The position numbers and the translations under genes are program-made. This document shows positions 1-12,706 of a DNA stretch of 64,000 bases, piece by piece. The stretch is from Octopus bimaculoides (Eukaryota), in assembly GCF_001194135.2 (NCBI RefSeq), contig NC_068984.1:83890342-83954341 (forward strand). The letters are read 5' to 3'. Numbering within the stretch: position 1 is the first letter of the stretch; each line of letters begins with the position of its first letter. The notes beneath the pieces were generated by a model. It worked only from the letters and a program-made list of their open reading frames with translations. It was not told where the DNA came from and searched no databases.

Positions 1-781
1 GTTCCCGTCTACTCACGCTGGTGCCCAGTTCGGGGATCTCGTTCCCACGCTGAAACACCAACACGCCGGCCTTGTCTCTCCGTAGCTTGAGGCCCAGTGC
101 AGCGCCTCCCTCCATGGCCTCTGGTGGCTTGGCGACCAGTGCGAAATTGTTCAGGTGGCCTATGACCTCCATTGCTGGCATTATGGTTTCATCCACAAGG
201 ATGTCATCAATGTACGAATTGGTGGCCCTTTTTACTCTGTCCACCTTTCCCAGGATGGCCTCGAGAATTGTTGCCATAATTTTTGGCGCTGCATTTAGCC
301 CAAACCCCAGCCTCGTCAAACAGTATGTCCGGCCCTTATACCTGACAAGCTGATGCTTCCACAGTCTCTCAGCCACATGCACCTGCAGGTATGCCGACTT
401 CAAATCGACGATCGTGGAGGCCCCTGTCATCTGCCTCCATTCTCACAAGGTGTCCCCGCAGACATCTGTGGCCTCGCCGCCCGTATGACATGATATGTGG
501 TCATTCAGCTCTCGGAAGTCAAGCACTGGTCTGACCTTATGCTTCGTGGGCTGTACCACCGCCATCAGCGGCAGGACTCCGCTCTCTCCTTCTTCCCAAG
601 GGATCAATATGCCCTCCTTAATCCACCGCTCCACCTCCACCTCGAACTCGCTTCTGGCATCTCCTTTCAAAGTATGCTGGTAGCAGCCCACTTTATTTTT
701 TAACGTTGGGGGCTCTCCCCTCCAGTGCCACTCCACTGTCCACCTCTGTGCTTGACAAAGGACATCTGTCTGTAAAGCCAT
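1..781 (-). mobile_element. Ty3/Gypsy-like LTR retrotransposon pol fragment (reverse transcriptase), one in-frame stop, runs off the window start
   Basis: GC-rich block ending abruptly near 781. One minus frame reads ...KVRPVLDFRELN...CGDTL*EWRQMTGASTIVDLKSAYLQ...YCLTRLGFGLNAAPKIM...NSYIDDILVD..., with YIDD at 203-214 and a single TGA at 443-445. Confidence 0.85.
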
Positions 782-829
782 AGCAACAACAGAGAATGAT
801 TTAGAATCATTAATTAGTACTAATTAATG

Positions 830-1400
830 ATGAGAGTGAAAAACATGAGTCTATGAACATGAAGAGACTGACAATCTCAAAGAAGTTACTACCAATTTGC
901 ATTGTAAATATTAATGGCACAATTTTGAAATAGTTTTAAATATTTGGGAACCATCATTACATCAGATGGGGAAAAACACCAAAGAAATCAAGTCAAGGAG
1001 TGGATAGCCCAAGGCTGTTTATGGTGAGATCAAACATTATTATCGAATAAATGGCTATCAGTAATAGTAAGAAAAAGAACCCATCCTTACATATGGTTGT
1101 ATGAGTTGGAACATCAACAAAGAAGTGCAAAAGTTTATCAACTCTACAGAGATATAGTTCCTAAGAATACTGATGTCCTATGCAGAGTGACAAGGCCCTT
1201 GGACAAGCAAAGACCACCAGAAATCTCCTTAACAACATAAGGAGACAACAGGTTCAGCTCATTGGATATCATATGAAAAGAAAAAAAATCCTTGGGCACT
1301 TGGTGATATTTATGAAACTGAAAAGAAAAGCCAAGGAAGACAGGAATAAGTTGGCTTCAGAAAGACAAATCCACAAACATGTTAATTTGTACATGGGATA
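830..1400 (+). mobile_element. Degraded RTE-clade LINE, 3' part of the ORF
   Basis: FKYLGTIITSDG at 935-970, PILTYGC at ~1080-1100 and RRQQVQLIGYHMKRKKILGHLV in ORF 1180-1401 match RTE post-RT motifs; frameshifted. Confidence 0.6.
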
Positions 1401-2104
1401 GGAGGGTAAGCAGGTCTATAATTGCCAACACCAGTAGGCAAAATACAGAAAGATAAATAACCCTTTCTATCTCTAACCACCTTGTAGTATGGACTGGGTA
1501 CATTTTATCATACCATCAGTACCAGAAAGCATATTCTGCTACCTGACTGAAAATCCCCCTTATCCTTTATGTTATCTCATTTTAGGATCCATTGTCAAAT
1601 CATGCCATCTCCACTTGTCTCTATTCCTCTCATCAACCTTATTGTTTCTGCCTTCCCCCTTTAGGTCATGCATTTATCACTATACTAGAGTCCTTCCTTT
1701 TCAGAATATTGGTCCTCTAGAATTCCCTCTCTGCTTCCATTTTTCCTGCATGAGTTTGCTCAAGAAGAGCACCAATGGCATCAATTCCACTAATCTATGA
1801 AGGTCATGGGCACTGCCTCTTCAAGATCCAGCAAGTTAAAAAGAAAGAAACTATTAATTCCCAACACTTCTTCACCATGTGTCTGTCATATATCTTCTAA
1901 TGCACTTCTCATCAACAGTTAAACAATGCTTTTGCTTTCTATTTGCAGAGAGGAAAATAGATGGAACAAGTCATCTGAAAGGTATGATGTCTCAATACAG
2001 AACCTGTCTGTGATTCTCAAAGTGACCCCGTGATTGGCTTCTCCCTGTAAATCAAAAAGTAAAAAAAAACACAAAATCATAGTTCTGTTATGTGTTCATC
2101 GCCA

Positions 2105-2110
2105 TTTATT
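2105..2110 (-). promoter_or_regulatory. Candidate polyadenylation signal AATAAA with a downstream GU/U-rich element
   Basis: AATAAA at 2110-2105 followed ~30 nt later by GATTTTGTGTTTTTTTTTACTTTTTGAT (2078-2051). Confidence 0.4.
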
Positions 2111-2280
2111 CAAGGACATTTAGATATATAAGGTTCTTATAGGGTAGAAATCACAAAAATAAAATCACTTTTCTCTGCGTTAAATACCATCAATATATAT
2201 ATATAAGTATTATGTTTAAAACAGCAGTTGAACACTTGGAAGTGACAGTACAATAATAGTGGAGCTGACAGCACCGTATC

Positions 2281-2294
2281 TATGTATGTATGTG

Positions 2295-2345
<51 letters not shown>

Positions 2346-2346
2346 A
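2281..2346. repeat. Compound (TG)n/(TA)n microsatellite
   Basis: Direct reading. Confidence 0.95.
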
Positions 2347-5256
2347 TCTATTTGTGTAAGTGTGGGTCAGCAAACTTATACGATCCTTGATACTGCTGCT
2401 GTTGCTGTATCTTGATCATAAACTAGATAGATACGTGAACTGTGCACATAGACAGGTAAGTAACTAGTGTTAGTAAAATACGACACACATGGCCATCCAA
2501 GGAAACCTAACGAAAGTGTCATACAGGTACCAAAGAAAGGCATCACATTTACAATGGTTGTGGAAAAAACGGTTTTGATGCCTATGGAACCTGAGAATCT
2601 ACCTCTGTGCTCACCATCAACAACATACTTCAGAACATGAACACAATGTGTGGCTGAATTTTTTTAATAGGCTGAGAAATAGATTTTCTTCCGAGGTAAA
2701 AAAAAAAAAAAGAAAAGAAAAAGATAAAACAAAGAAGAAAATCAAAAAGGTGTGATGGAATGAGATGCCAGTATGAAATTGTGAGGAGAATGTCAGTTTG
2801 TGAGCGAGATAGTGTTCTGAGGCAGAAGGTGTTCCATCATCTTGTAGTCGTGTCATGGTAGAGTTCTAATGAACAAAAAAAAAAAAAACAGACAAATAGT
2901 ACAGTGTGTGTATGTGTGAGAGAGATTTACTGTTATAGTTGAGTATGAAGTCTTATAGCAGGAATTGTGAGATTTATGCATTTCCCTCAGGCATTAACAA
3001 TGTTTTCAATTAAGAATCAAAACTGGATTATGGGCTTGCTTTGAAGAGAAATCCCTGCTGAGCTACAAAGCTGGCCATTTTTTCGATATTTCAGGGAGAA
3101 AGAAAATAACAGAAAGACATATTTATCAAGTAGTTTATATAACTAGTGTGTATAACTAATTAACTTTTAGTAGATGCTATCAATTAAATTTCAAGAGATG
3201 GTGTGTGTGCATGTGTAAAGTTAACCAGTTTCTACATGTTGACAAGATAGGAAAAGAAAAGATGGATGAACACTTTAGAATTGTTTGGTAAAAATGCTGT
3301 TAAGAGTTCAAGAAATAATATTGGAACTAGCCAGAAAGAACTAAAAGAAAATATCAGAAGAGTTCTTTTAGTAATAGAGAAGGTACTCTACAGAACATGT
3401 CAGTGAAATCAAAAATAGTGAGAAAGCTATGGAAAAAAAAAATCCACCAAAAACAAAACAAAAAACTTTCAATAAAATCAACTGATTTTGAGAGAAAGAA
3501 TATCACTGGATGATTATTAATGAAGATATGTTTATATGTATGTCTTTATTTTAGCCCTTCAAGTTTAACTCATTTTCAGCCAATGATTCTGCAGGCTAGC
3601 AGAGCCTGGATTAATATTGATACAGTTCAAAAGTGGAATAAATTGGTTTGCCATGAGGAAGAGGAAAAGTCTATTGTTTCAGGCAGTACACTTTGTTGGA
3701 GAGTGATGTTTCCTGATAGTAACAAATAGATACAGCCTGAAATAGGACTGTGCAGCTAGCAGAGATAAAAAGAGAGAGAGAGAGAAAAAAGTCTTCTGTT
3801 TTTAAATATTTACTGTTAGAAAAGAAAACCATGCTTACTGTAAAATAGAAATTATCTGTAGAATTGCAGAGGAAACTACAATCTCAACAGCCTCGACAGA
3901 ATTTGAACATACAAACCACGAGGCAGCAGACTACGTTGCTGTGAAAGTAAAAGTATCTATGTCCTCTAGCCCTCTACTACTGTTTTGATTCAACTGCTGA
4001 TCACTACATGTGTAGTAATTTCATATTCAACATCAGGGAGGGCAATTTGGTATTTGTTACACGAAAATCTATGTTTGGACAGCAACCAAAGCTAAAATGC
4101 CAGCAACCTGCACAAATAATCACAAAACAGAAACTCTTAAAGCAAGTCTACTTCTATAAGAGCTGTTTGTTCAACTCTACAAACACCAACAGTGATTTTA
4201 GAACTACTTGCTTCATGTCTATGAGAACATTTCATCAATACTGATTCTTGTAACTAGTGAACAGTTACACAGTGAGGCCAGCAGTTCAAAACTGACAGAG
4301 CCTTTATTTTACAAACACACACCACACACTTGCATCTAGCTGTCCACAACATTAAGGAGAAAACTTTTGAGTCAAAGATGTAATATGCTACTCAGCACAG
4401 CCCACAGATTGGAGGCAGTATTACAATTGATGGCATAGATGTATAAATGATGGAGGGAAGTCTAAATATGGGACTGGAATTTCAAATCAATGATCACAGA
4501 CTGATTAACATACAGAGCCTTCTAATGTTTACAACTGTATCAATACTATACAGCAATTTCACCAAGAATAGCCCTATAATGTCAGGAACAATGTATATAT
4601 ATATATATTTATATTAAACGCACAGACATACACCCATGTATATAAATAGGCTTTTTGACTAGGCACAAAAGCAGGATTTTGGAGAGTAAGGATATAGTCA
4701 AATGTATCAAGCCAAGTATATAAAGGGAATTTCTTAAGACTAAAGTAACTAGATTCTTCTTCATATAACAGAAATACCATTAACATCTTTCTCTATACCT
4801 TCATCCAGAGTGCTCAACTGTTGGTGGGCACAAATATCCTTTATGTTGAGAAATTCAACCTAACTTACTACTTTAGGTTTCTTATTGTAAGCAAATTATG
4901 TTAAAATGAGCCAACAATTTGGCTGCTATTTCCTTGTGGTCATTAAGCCACGTAGAAATAGCAGCCAAGACTTCCTAAAATCACACAGGTTGAAATACAT
5001 CTGACAATATATCTATTTGATCAGTACTGAGCAGGGCTAAATACAGTTTTATCTTTAAATTTTACTACTTAAATACCATATACATATACAGTAGGTTTTC
5101 TTACTTACACAAGAAGTATATTTATGTTTTTGTACAATAAAGCAAAACAATATGCATAAAAATATTTGTATACAAACACATATCACATCACAACCAAATT
5201 AAGGTTATTCTGGTCAATTGTTATCTCAACAACATATGCTGCTGACATATGGAAGA

Positions 5257-5660
5257 ATTGAAAAACAAATTGATACTTTCCAACAAAAATGTCTCCCCAA
5301 ACTCCTGGGCATCAGATGGCAAGACAAGATCACGAATGAGGAGGTGCTTTGAATAGCCAATATCACGCACCTAAGTCTTGTCATCAAGAGCAGAAGAATG
5401 CATCTGACAGGGTATGTCCTACAAATGGGGGACAATATCCCAGCAAGAACTGCAGTGACATGTTTACCAGTTAGTGGAAAGAGACCAATGGATAGGCCAA
5501 AGAAAACCTGGATATTCACCTCAAAAGATGACCTGCACAGCTGTTGCACAAACTGGTTTCAAGATCTTAATCTTGCCAAAGAAAGATAGAAGAGCATAGT
5601 GGCTTATTGCAGTGAAGTTGGAGGAACCAGATGACCACACACACACACACACACACACAA
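5257..5660 (+). mobile_element. 5'-truncated RTE-clade LINE 3' end with a (CA)n tail
   Basis: One frame: QQKCLPKLLGIRWQDKITNEEVL*IANITHLSLVIKSRRMHLTGYVLQMGD...GKRPMDRPKKTW..., typical of the RTE C-terminus, followed by (CA)n at ~5635-5658. Confidence 0.8.
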
Positions 5661-6084
5661 TAACGAAAGATAGAACAGAGGAATGACAAATTAATTTTCA
5701 GGAAATTGGACACACACACAATGAATGCAAACATGCTTAACTCCTCATCCGTTGTCGACAAAATATCAAAATTTTGACAAACACACACATACTCATTTAA
5801 ATTTTAACTGCTCTAACCTTAAACCTTAAGGTCAATGAAATATTTTCCAGTGACAAATTGAGATTGATTCAATCAAGGATATTCTAACTGCATTAGATAT
5901 TAGCCCTATTTATTTAATATAACATCGTATTTGGTAAACTATCATCAGTAACTGATACCAATGAGCCAATCACTGCATTTTTGAGTTACAAGGGAATACT
6001 TGTACCCAATGCAGTAAAATTATTGGTTGTTCATGTCACTGTTCACATCCTTTACTGATTTCTACACACACACATGCAAACAAT

Positions 6085-6236
6085 AGGTTTCTATAGTTCC
6101 CGTATAGCAAATTCTACTCCTAAGTTATTAGTCAACCCAAGGTTAAGCTAGAAGAGACTTGCTCAAGGTCACGCACATGGGATTGAATTCAGAACCATTT
6201 GGTTGCAAAGCTAACTTCTTAACCATACAGCCATGC
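6085..6236 (-). mobile_element. tRNA-derived SINE (family A), 5' part
   Basis: Same head as the 17392-17770 copy (GGCTGTATGGTTAAGAAG...GGTTCTGAATTCAATCCC...CCTTGAGCAAG). Confidence 0.7.
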
Positions 6237-7573
6237 ATGTGGCTCAATTAAAACAAAGCATCACCATCAAAAGATGTTTGGGAAGATTACTTTTCAGTAT
6301 CTGAAACCACTGAAACTGTCAATTTCCATTCAGTTCAGTGTTCCATACAACTAATCTGCTGTCACAAAGATAAAACAGAAAGACCAAACTGTGCTTTGGT
6401 TAATGATATAACATGAACATACAACTTGTGAACAGTGACCAATACACTATCCATTTAACACATCATGATCAGATCAGTGTCTTGTAACCATATATAAAAT
6501 GGATATAGTTAATTATGAGCTCCCATAAGTTTAGATAAAGGAAGAGAGAGAGGCACTATTTAAAGACATTACATACCATGGACAAAACATCACTGGGAGT
6601 CTATCTTTCTCCAGTACTGTGAACTAAAGGAACACTGGTGATATTATCAGCTCCTCCACCTCCATTGTTTCTTACTGTGTTCAACTGTACCATGACATAT
6701 AACTTGTTTATGAAATATAATTAAGAAGACTTTGAATGATCTTGGCTAAGGGTAGCAGTGAGGTAATGAAACACTTGTAAAGAAAACAGTGATTACCAAG
6801 GTGAACTGTATCTTGCCACGGTATTTATAAATACCAACCGTTTCCATAGCCAGTTGAGTTGTCCAAATGACTATGATTTATGACTACTAATGAAAGCACC
6901 TCCATAACTCAACCTGCTAGAAATAATAGCCAAATCTCCTTCAAATCACAGACTACTATCTTAGAAAAAAAGACAGGATGGTCATGGCTGAAATGCCTAT
7001 GATCAGAAGTTTGCAGAGGCAAAGTACAACAAAAATCAAAGACTATCAATAAGTTTCTCCAGAAATAAACTGAGGGATTTTAATTAATTTCTCAGATTCT
7101 AGCAATTCATCAATAACATTAGATTTAAACGAGGCAGAAGATACCTACACACAAAATTAAATAAGAAATGAGAAAACCCTGTTGGTTTTTGAAGTGCCTT
7201 CACTACCACCTATATTCATGGAGAGAACATGGAAGGGTGACTTAGGGTTGCATGCTGACACACTATGTTTGTGTGCACACACACACACACACACACATTA
7301 CATACACTAATATAGAAGGCAGGAAAGACAAAATACAAGGAAATTAAGGTAAATAATAGGGAAGAATGAATGCCCAGTCAGATTTGTATTTAATATTCTG
7401 TCTTGTGTATATTTTTCTCCTTCATACAACGAAAAGTCAGACAACAACAAAAACAACAATCATATTTAGGAATGTTGAAATAAGTAAACAAATGAACAAA
7501 AAAAATAAAACAAAACAAAAAACCCCAGCAAATAGCAGCAAAAGGGGGGAATAAAGGTGGGGTAAATTTGTGT

Positions 7574-7626
7574 NNNNNNNNNNNNNNNNNNNNNNNNNNN
7601 NNNNNNNNNNNNNNNNNNNNNNNNNN
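7574..7626. other. Assembly gap (53 N)
   Basis: N run. Confidence 1.
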
Positions 7627-9064
7627 ACAAGCATGAACCAAAGTTAAGGCCCCACCCCCATTGATTATAACAAATCTAGTGTGTCAATGCAGTTGAAAAC
7701 AAAGATAGAAAAATCAAAAAAAAAAAAAAAAAAATCCTGCACACTTTTCAATCACAGTAAATAAGTGTATTGTTAAAAAAAATTGAGTGAGAGAGAGAGA
7801 GGGAGAGCATTTAGTATTTAAAAAATGGGGATTCAAGTAAAAAAGCAAACAAAAATTATAGATTGCCAATTATTATAATTAAGATTTTTAGGCAAACAAT
7901 GAGAGAGAGAGAGATTAATGATTTCTTACTTAGCACAAGACTCACAGTCCGTAGAAGAGAGAATGAGACAGTGTGGCAACCATGCCTTTCTTATGAATGA
8001 GAAGTATAGTGAGCTTGCTTCATTCAATCAGGAAGTAAAACTGGCCTTTGAAGACTCAGTTCACTAGCAGCCTCCAGTTCCTCAATGTCCAAAGGACAAA
8101 ATTAAACTTATTACAATTGAAGTATACATATATATAAAGAAAAGCTAACAGGAGATAACCCCTGCCCTCTAATCTTTTTCAACTGAAATAAAAGATGCTG
8201 TAAGGCAAGCAGAAATTTTTACAAGAAAATCTTGTATTTTTGTGAAGGGTTAATTTGAAAATCTTGTTTCAAAAGTAAATTAATGCCAGCATTTAGTTAA
8301 AAAAACAGAAAAGTGGTTTCACCCTTTAACCATTTTTTCCTACACCACACTTGGTGTCCCGTTGCCAATGAACCTGAAAAAAACTGGAATGTTTGTTTAT
8401 TCTAAATTTGAAAATTCTATGCAAATGAAAAGAAAATATAAATTGTATGCTTAAAAAGATGTAGAGCTGCTATTAACAAGTTTATAATTTTGCATACTAT
8501 TATTGTAGATGTCAGTGGCTTAGACTGGTACATGTCTGGATAAACCTATCTTGATACATACAGTTTGAATAGGTGTTGTTACTGTTAGTTTAGCAATAAA
8601 GGTTCCTATTCCAAATTAAATCTAATACTCTGTACATACCCAGGAATCAAACCAATTGATATGTAATGTAGATTTAAATATTAAATGTTTCTTCAGCATT
8701 AACAAACAAATATTGCTCAGGACTTAGAACATAATTAAGTACTACAAGGCATTTTGTCATCAACTGTTCTTTAAAGAACAAGTCTGTAGATGGGATTTGG
8801 GTTAGGCTGCCACATTACTGATTATACTTGTTTGTCTTAATAATTTCTTTTAATTAATCTAAGATAGAGAAAGCTGGAACTGATCTCAGTATATCAATGA
8901 TAATCCTTTTATCAACCATGGGGATGGGGGGAAAAGAAAGGAGTCAACTCTAGTAGGATTTAAACTTGAAACCAAAACTTTTAAATTCAGTTTACTGCTG
9001 TTTCAGCAAACCACAAGGGAAAGTGATGTGATGTGATATTCCTGTCTTTCTCAAAGATATTAGT

Positions 9065-9215
9065 GATATTGATGATCATCATTTAACATCCATTTTCCAT
9101 GCTGGCATGGGTTGAGCAGTTTGACAGTTTCTGATGAGCCACAGGTAAGACTGCGTTGAGCTCCAGTGTCAGCTCTGGCATGGTTCCTATGGCTCAATGC
9201 CCTCCTTAATGTCAT
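9065..9215 (-). mobile_element. (GAT)n-tailed SINE 3' segment (family B)
   Basis: catcatttaacatccattttccatgctggcatggg... is the reverse complement of the 19161-19321 copy. Confidence 0.65.
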
Positions 9216-12200
9216 ATACAGATGACAACAATTCTGAATTAATACTTGTTTTATCAACTCCAGAAGGATGAAAAGTAAAATCTATCTCAATGGGATTTGA
9301 GCTCTGAATGTAGAGCTCGAGCAAATACCAAAATATTTTGTTCAAAACCGACAAAACTGCTAACCCACTGTCTAAAAGCAACAATAATTTTTAACAAAGG
9401 CACAAGGCCAGACATTTCTGACTATAGTGAGATTTGAATTCAGACAATAAAAGGTTGTAACTGCATGTCATTTCACCTGAATGCTCTGGCAATTTGACCA
9501 ATCCACAACTAGACTTTAATTTTTTGCAATCCAACAGCTGATAAGATAGTGAAGACAAAAGATGAGAAAGCGTCAACAAAGTACCATATTTTTTCTCAAA
9601 GGTAACAGCACCTTTTTTTTATATCATATATTTTATTCTGTGGTACATCTAGTCAATTTTCTTTGATATATGAAGATATATCTAAATGTTTTAAGTCATA
9701 TGTTGAAGGGAGCAGTGACTCATTCTAATAAACTTGGTAATTTTAAACCAGCTGTTGATGTTTTACATTCTTGTTGAATGGTATGTACGTATACAATAGC
9801 CTTCTGCACAGTGGGATCAAAATCAGAACAACTTGGTTGCTAAATAAACTTCTTAACCATGCTGCCAGTTAAACAGGACAAAATATATCAATAAGATATA
9901 AGCATACAAATCTGCTTATATCCTATCAAATGCCTACCAGCCCATTATCACCCTACATTTAATAAATTATACATTAATAAAAATAGAGGGGTAGATGGGG
10001 TGATCGTAGTGGAGGAAATCTAAAAAGGAAGTTGATAGTTTATGGGTGAGATTGGAAACAGAAGAGTATAGGTTAGATGTAAGGAGTACAAATATAATAG
10101 CTTATACTCTTTATTTGAGGGTATATGCAACGTAGAAGTGCAGTACAACAAAAGAAAAGCTTTGACAAAATACTATAAATGATGAGTGTTCCCAGAATCA
10201 TTTTTAACTCTTTGTCTTCATGATAGTAGCCAGAAGGACAAAGCTGATAAAATACTATCATTTTCACAGTAATAAAGTTGTTAAAAAACTATACTCCTTA
10301 ATCTAAATGTTTATACTCCCCAGAGATATATTTGCATTTTATGGTTTAACTAAACTGTAAAATAGAACCTGAATGAACATAAGTTCAAACCCAACCTAAG
10401 GCAATGTATATAAACAATTGAAGAATATAATAATCAAAATATATAAACATAAATATCGATGTAATCTGATTATCCCAGAAATATAACAAAAACTCCTAGC
10501 TATGGTCTGTCATTGATGAAAATTAGATGATTCAAGTATTGAGTTTATTTCTAAATGAATTAACATCCAGTTCACATGTCAACTCTACCAGATTACTTGG
10601 TCTTTCTGATGCCAACCAACTTGAAATTGTTTCAGGTCCCAGGATACAAGACAGTTAATTTAAAATAAAAATCTACTCTTGTAATTTTATGTAAGAATTT
10701 TCTCAAAACAGTAATTATTACTGAAAACATTAGCAACCTTACTCATTCAAGACAAATTTTTGTTAGGTCCCACATGTTACAGTTTGCATGCAACTGTTCT
10801 ATAGTAATGGAATAATCTTGAAACTTAGCTTCTAAGTCAAAAAGCAATCTTGTTCTAATCTGTTCCTCCATCTCTCTTAAACATTTATGGGATATTATCC
10901 ATAAACCCATGAAAAGAAACTAATGGAAGTGTGAAAGAAAGGGTCAAGGGAAAGAGAACTAACTGATCAATTTGTAGATATTCCAGTGAGAATGCATGAA
11001 GTAAAAGGGAGCTGCACTATGATGTAGGCCAAAAAATATAAGGTTAGAAAAGTGGACCTTGGACATGTTGAGAAACCAAGATGAATATGTTAACCTATTA
11101 ACACCAGCAAATATATTTAAGCAAAAACAAACTTCAGAAAAAGCTCTGCTATGACTTAATTTTTCTGTCTAGCTTTTTGTTGCTAGCTCTATCTGAGAAA
11201 GGTAAAAAGAGAGAGAGGAGGGGAAGCTTAAGCTAATGTAATAGACATGGCATTTTTCTTTTATCTATTGCTATGTAATAAATTTAATTGTTTAGAGATA
11301 TACAAACAATGAAGGATCAACTCTGCTGACCATTTCTCTTTTCCAGAAAATCTAATATTTATTCTTGCTTATAAGGATGGAAGAAAGAATTGATCTGTCC
11401 AGAAACATAATGAAACACTTAAACAGGTTTGAACCCACATAAATGATGTTGGTGGTCCAATACCTTATTCACTTGGCCATTTTATCTGAACAGGAATATG
11501 GGTAGAAAGATGCCAGATACCATTTAAGTTAATCATACGCACAAATTTGAAGACTCACTGTTTGATAGTGGTAGCTTTGTAGACATCTTATGTTTACAAG
11601 CATTCAACATCACACTGACCAAACTGTAGGTATTAGTCAATATTTTCCACTTTGAAACACTAGATCAAGTTAAATAATCTTTATTGAAAATTATATACAA
11701 CTACTTTTATATATAGTCTCAATAGTGTGAGACAAGTGGAGGCTGGCTTTCTCTCTTTCTCAAAAACCTTTTTATTTTCACTATTTTGCTCAATGGCTTA
11801 CTAGAACAATTTGCAGCCATGATATCTGAATAAGATCAACACCATTCTCTCAGTCCTAATACCACACTTTACATACATTTAAATTATGCTAGTGTAAAGA
11901 TTGACATTTTAGGTTAATATGTTCCTATTTATAAGAAGGGTTAGGATCAACTGATTTACACTAAAAAAAACTAGTGGTAATAACTTACTGGAAGTATGAA
12001 AACCAATGAATTTGGGAATGTGATATTGCGAACCAGACATTACAGCATTAAAAAAAAAAAAAAATGCTGAGCCATACTAAATTTCTAACATCAGTATGGC
12101 AAATTCAACAGTATGGTTCAGATGAAACAGTACAACCTTTAATCATTAGTCTTATGTTTCATCCACTCTGCTTCAATGGTATCTGCAGTTGTGGGAGTTA

Positions 12201-12599
12201 AAGCTTTTCCAAATGGACAACAGACTCTAACTGAAGGTATACTAGTTAACTTCCCACCTCTCCCAATGAGGGGTTACAATATAACTGTTTCTATCAATGC
12301 CTGTACTATGTCACATATGTTTTGCTTCAATAGTCCTTAACACACCCTTCACTAAGCAGCAAGAGTGCCACTAGTGAACTGGCATAAGAAGTTACCTTAT
12401 AAACTGAGGAAGAGTTGTCTCTATTTGCTACTTGGTGAAGACAGTCCCATCCCAATAACAAAAAAAATTATGGAATTTAGACCACTTCATCATCATAGTT
12501 TTAAAAACAGAATTTAGGTGGATAGATTCATACAAAACATTATTTGACAGACAACAGGCATCACTAAACAGCAGATGTTGAAGAACTAACTATACATTA

Positions 12600-12675
12600 T
12601 CCTATCTTCTTAATAGTGAAACAGCAAGGATTTATTAAGATGCTAAATTGTAAAAATTTGCAAGAAGGAATCTAG

Positions 12676-12706
<31 letters not shown>

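Noticed and set aside
8024-8092. Protein-like minus-strand peptide LDIEELEAASELSLQRPVLLPD*
   Set aside because: No compatible acceptor; an in-frame TAA lies just upstream.
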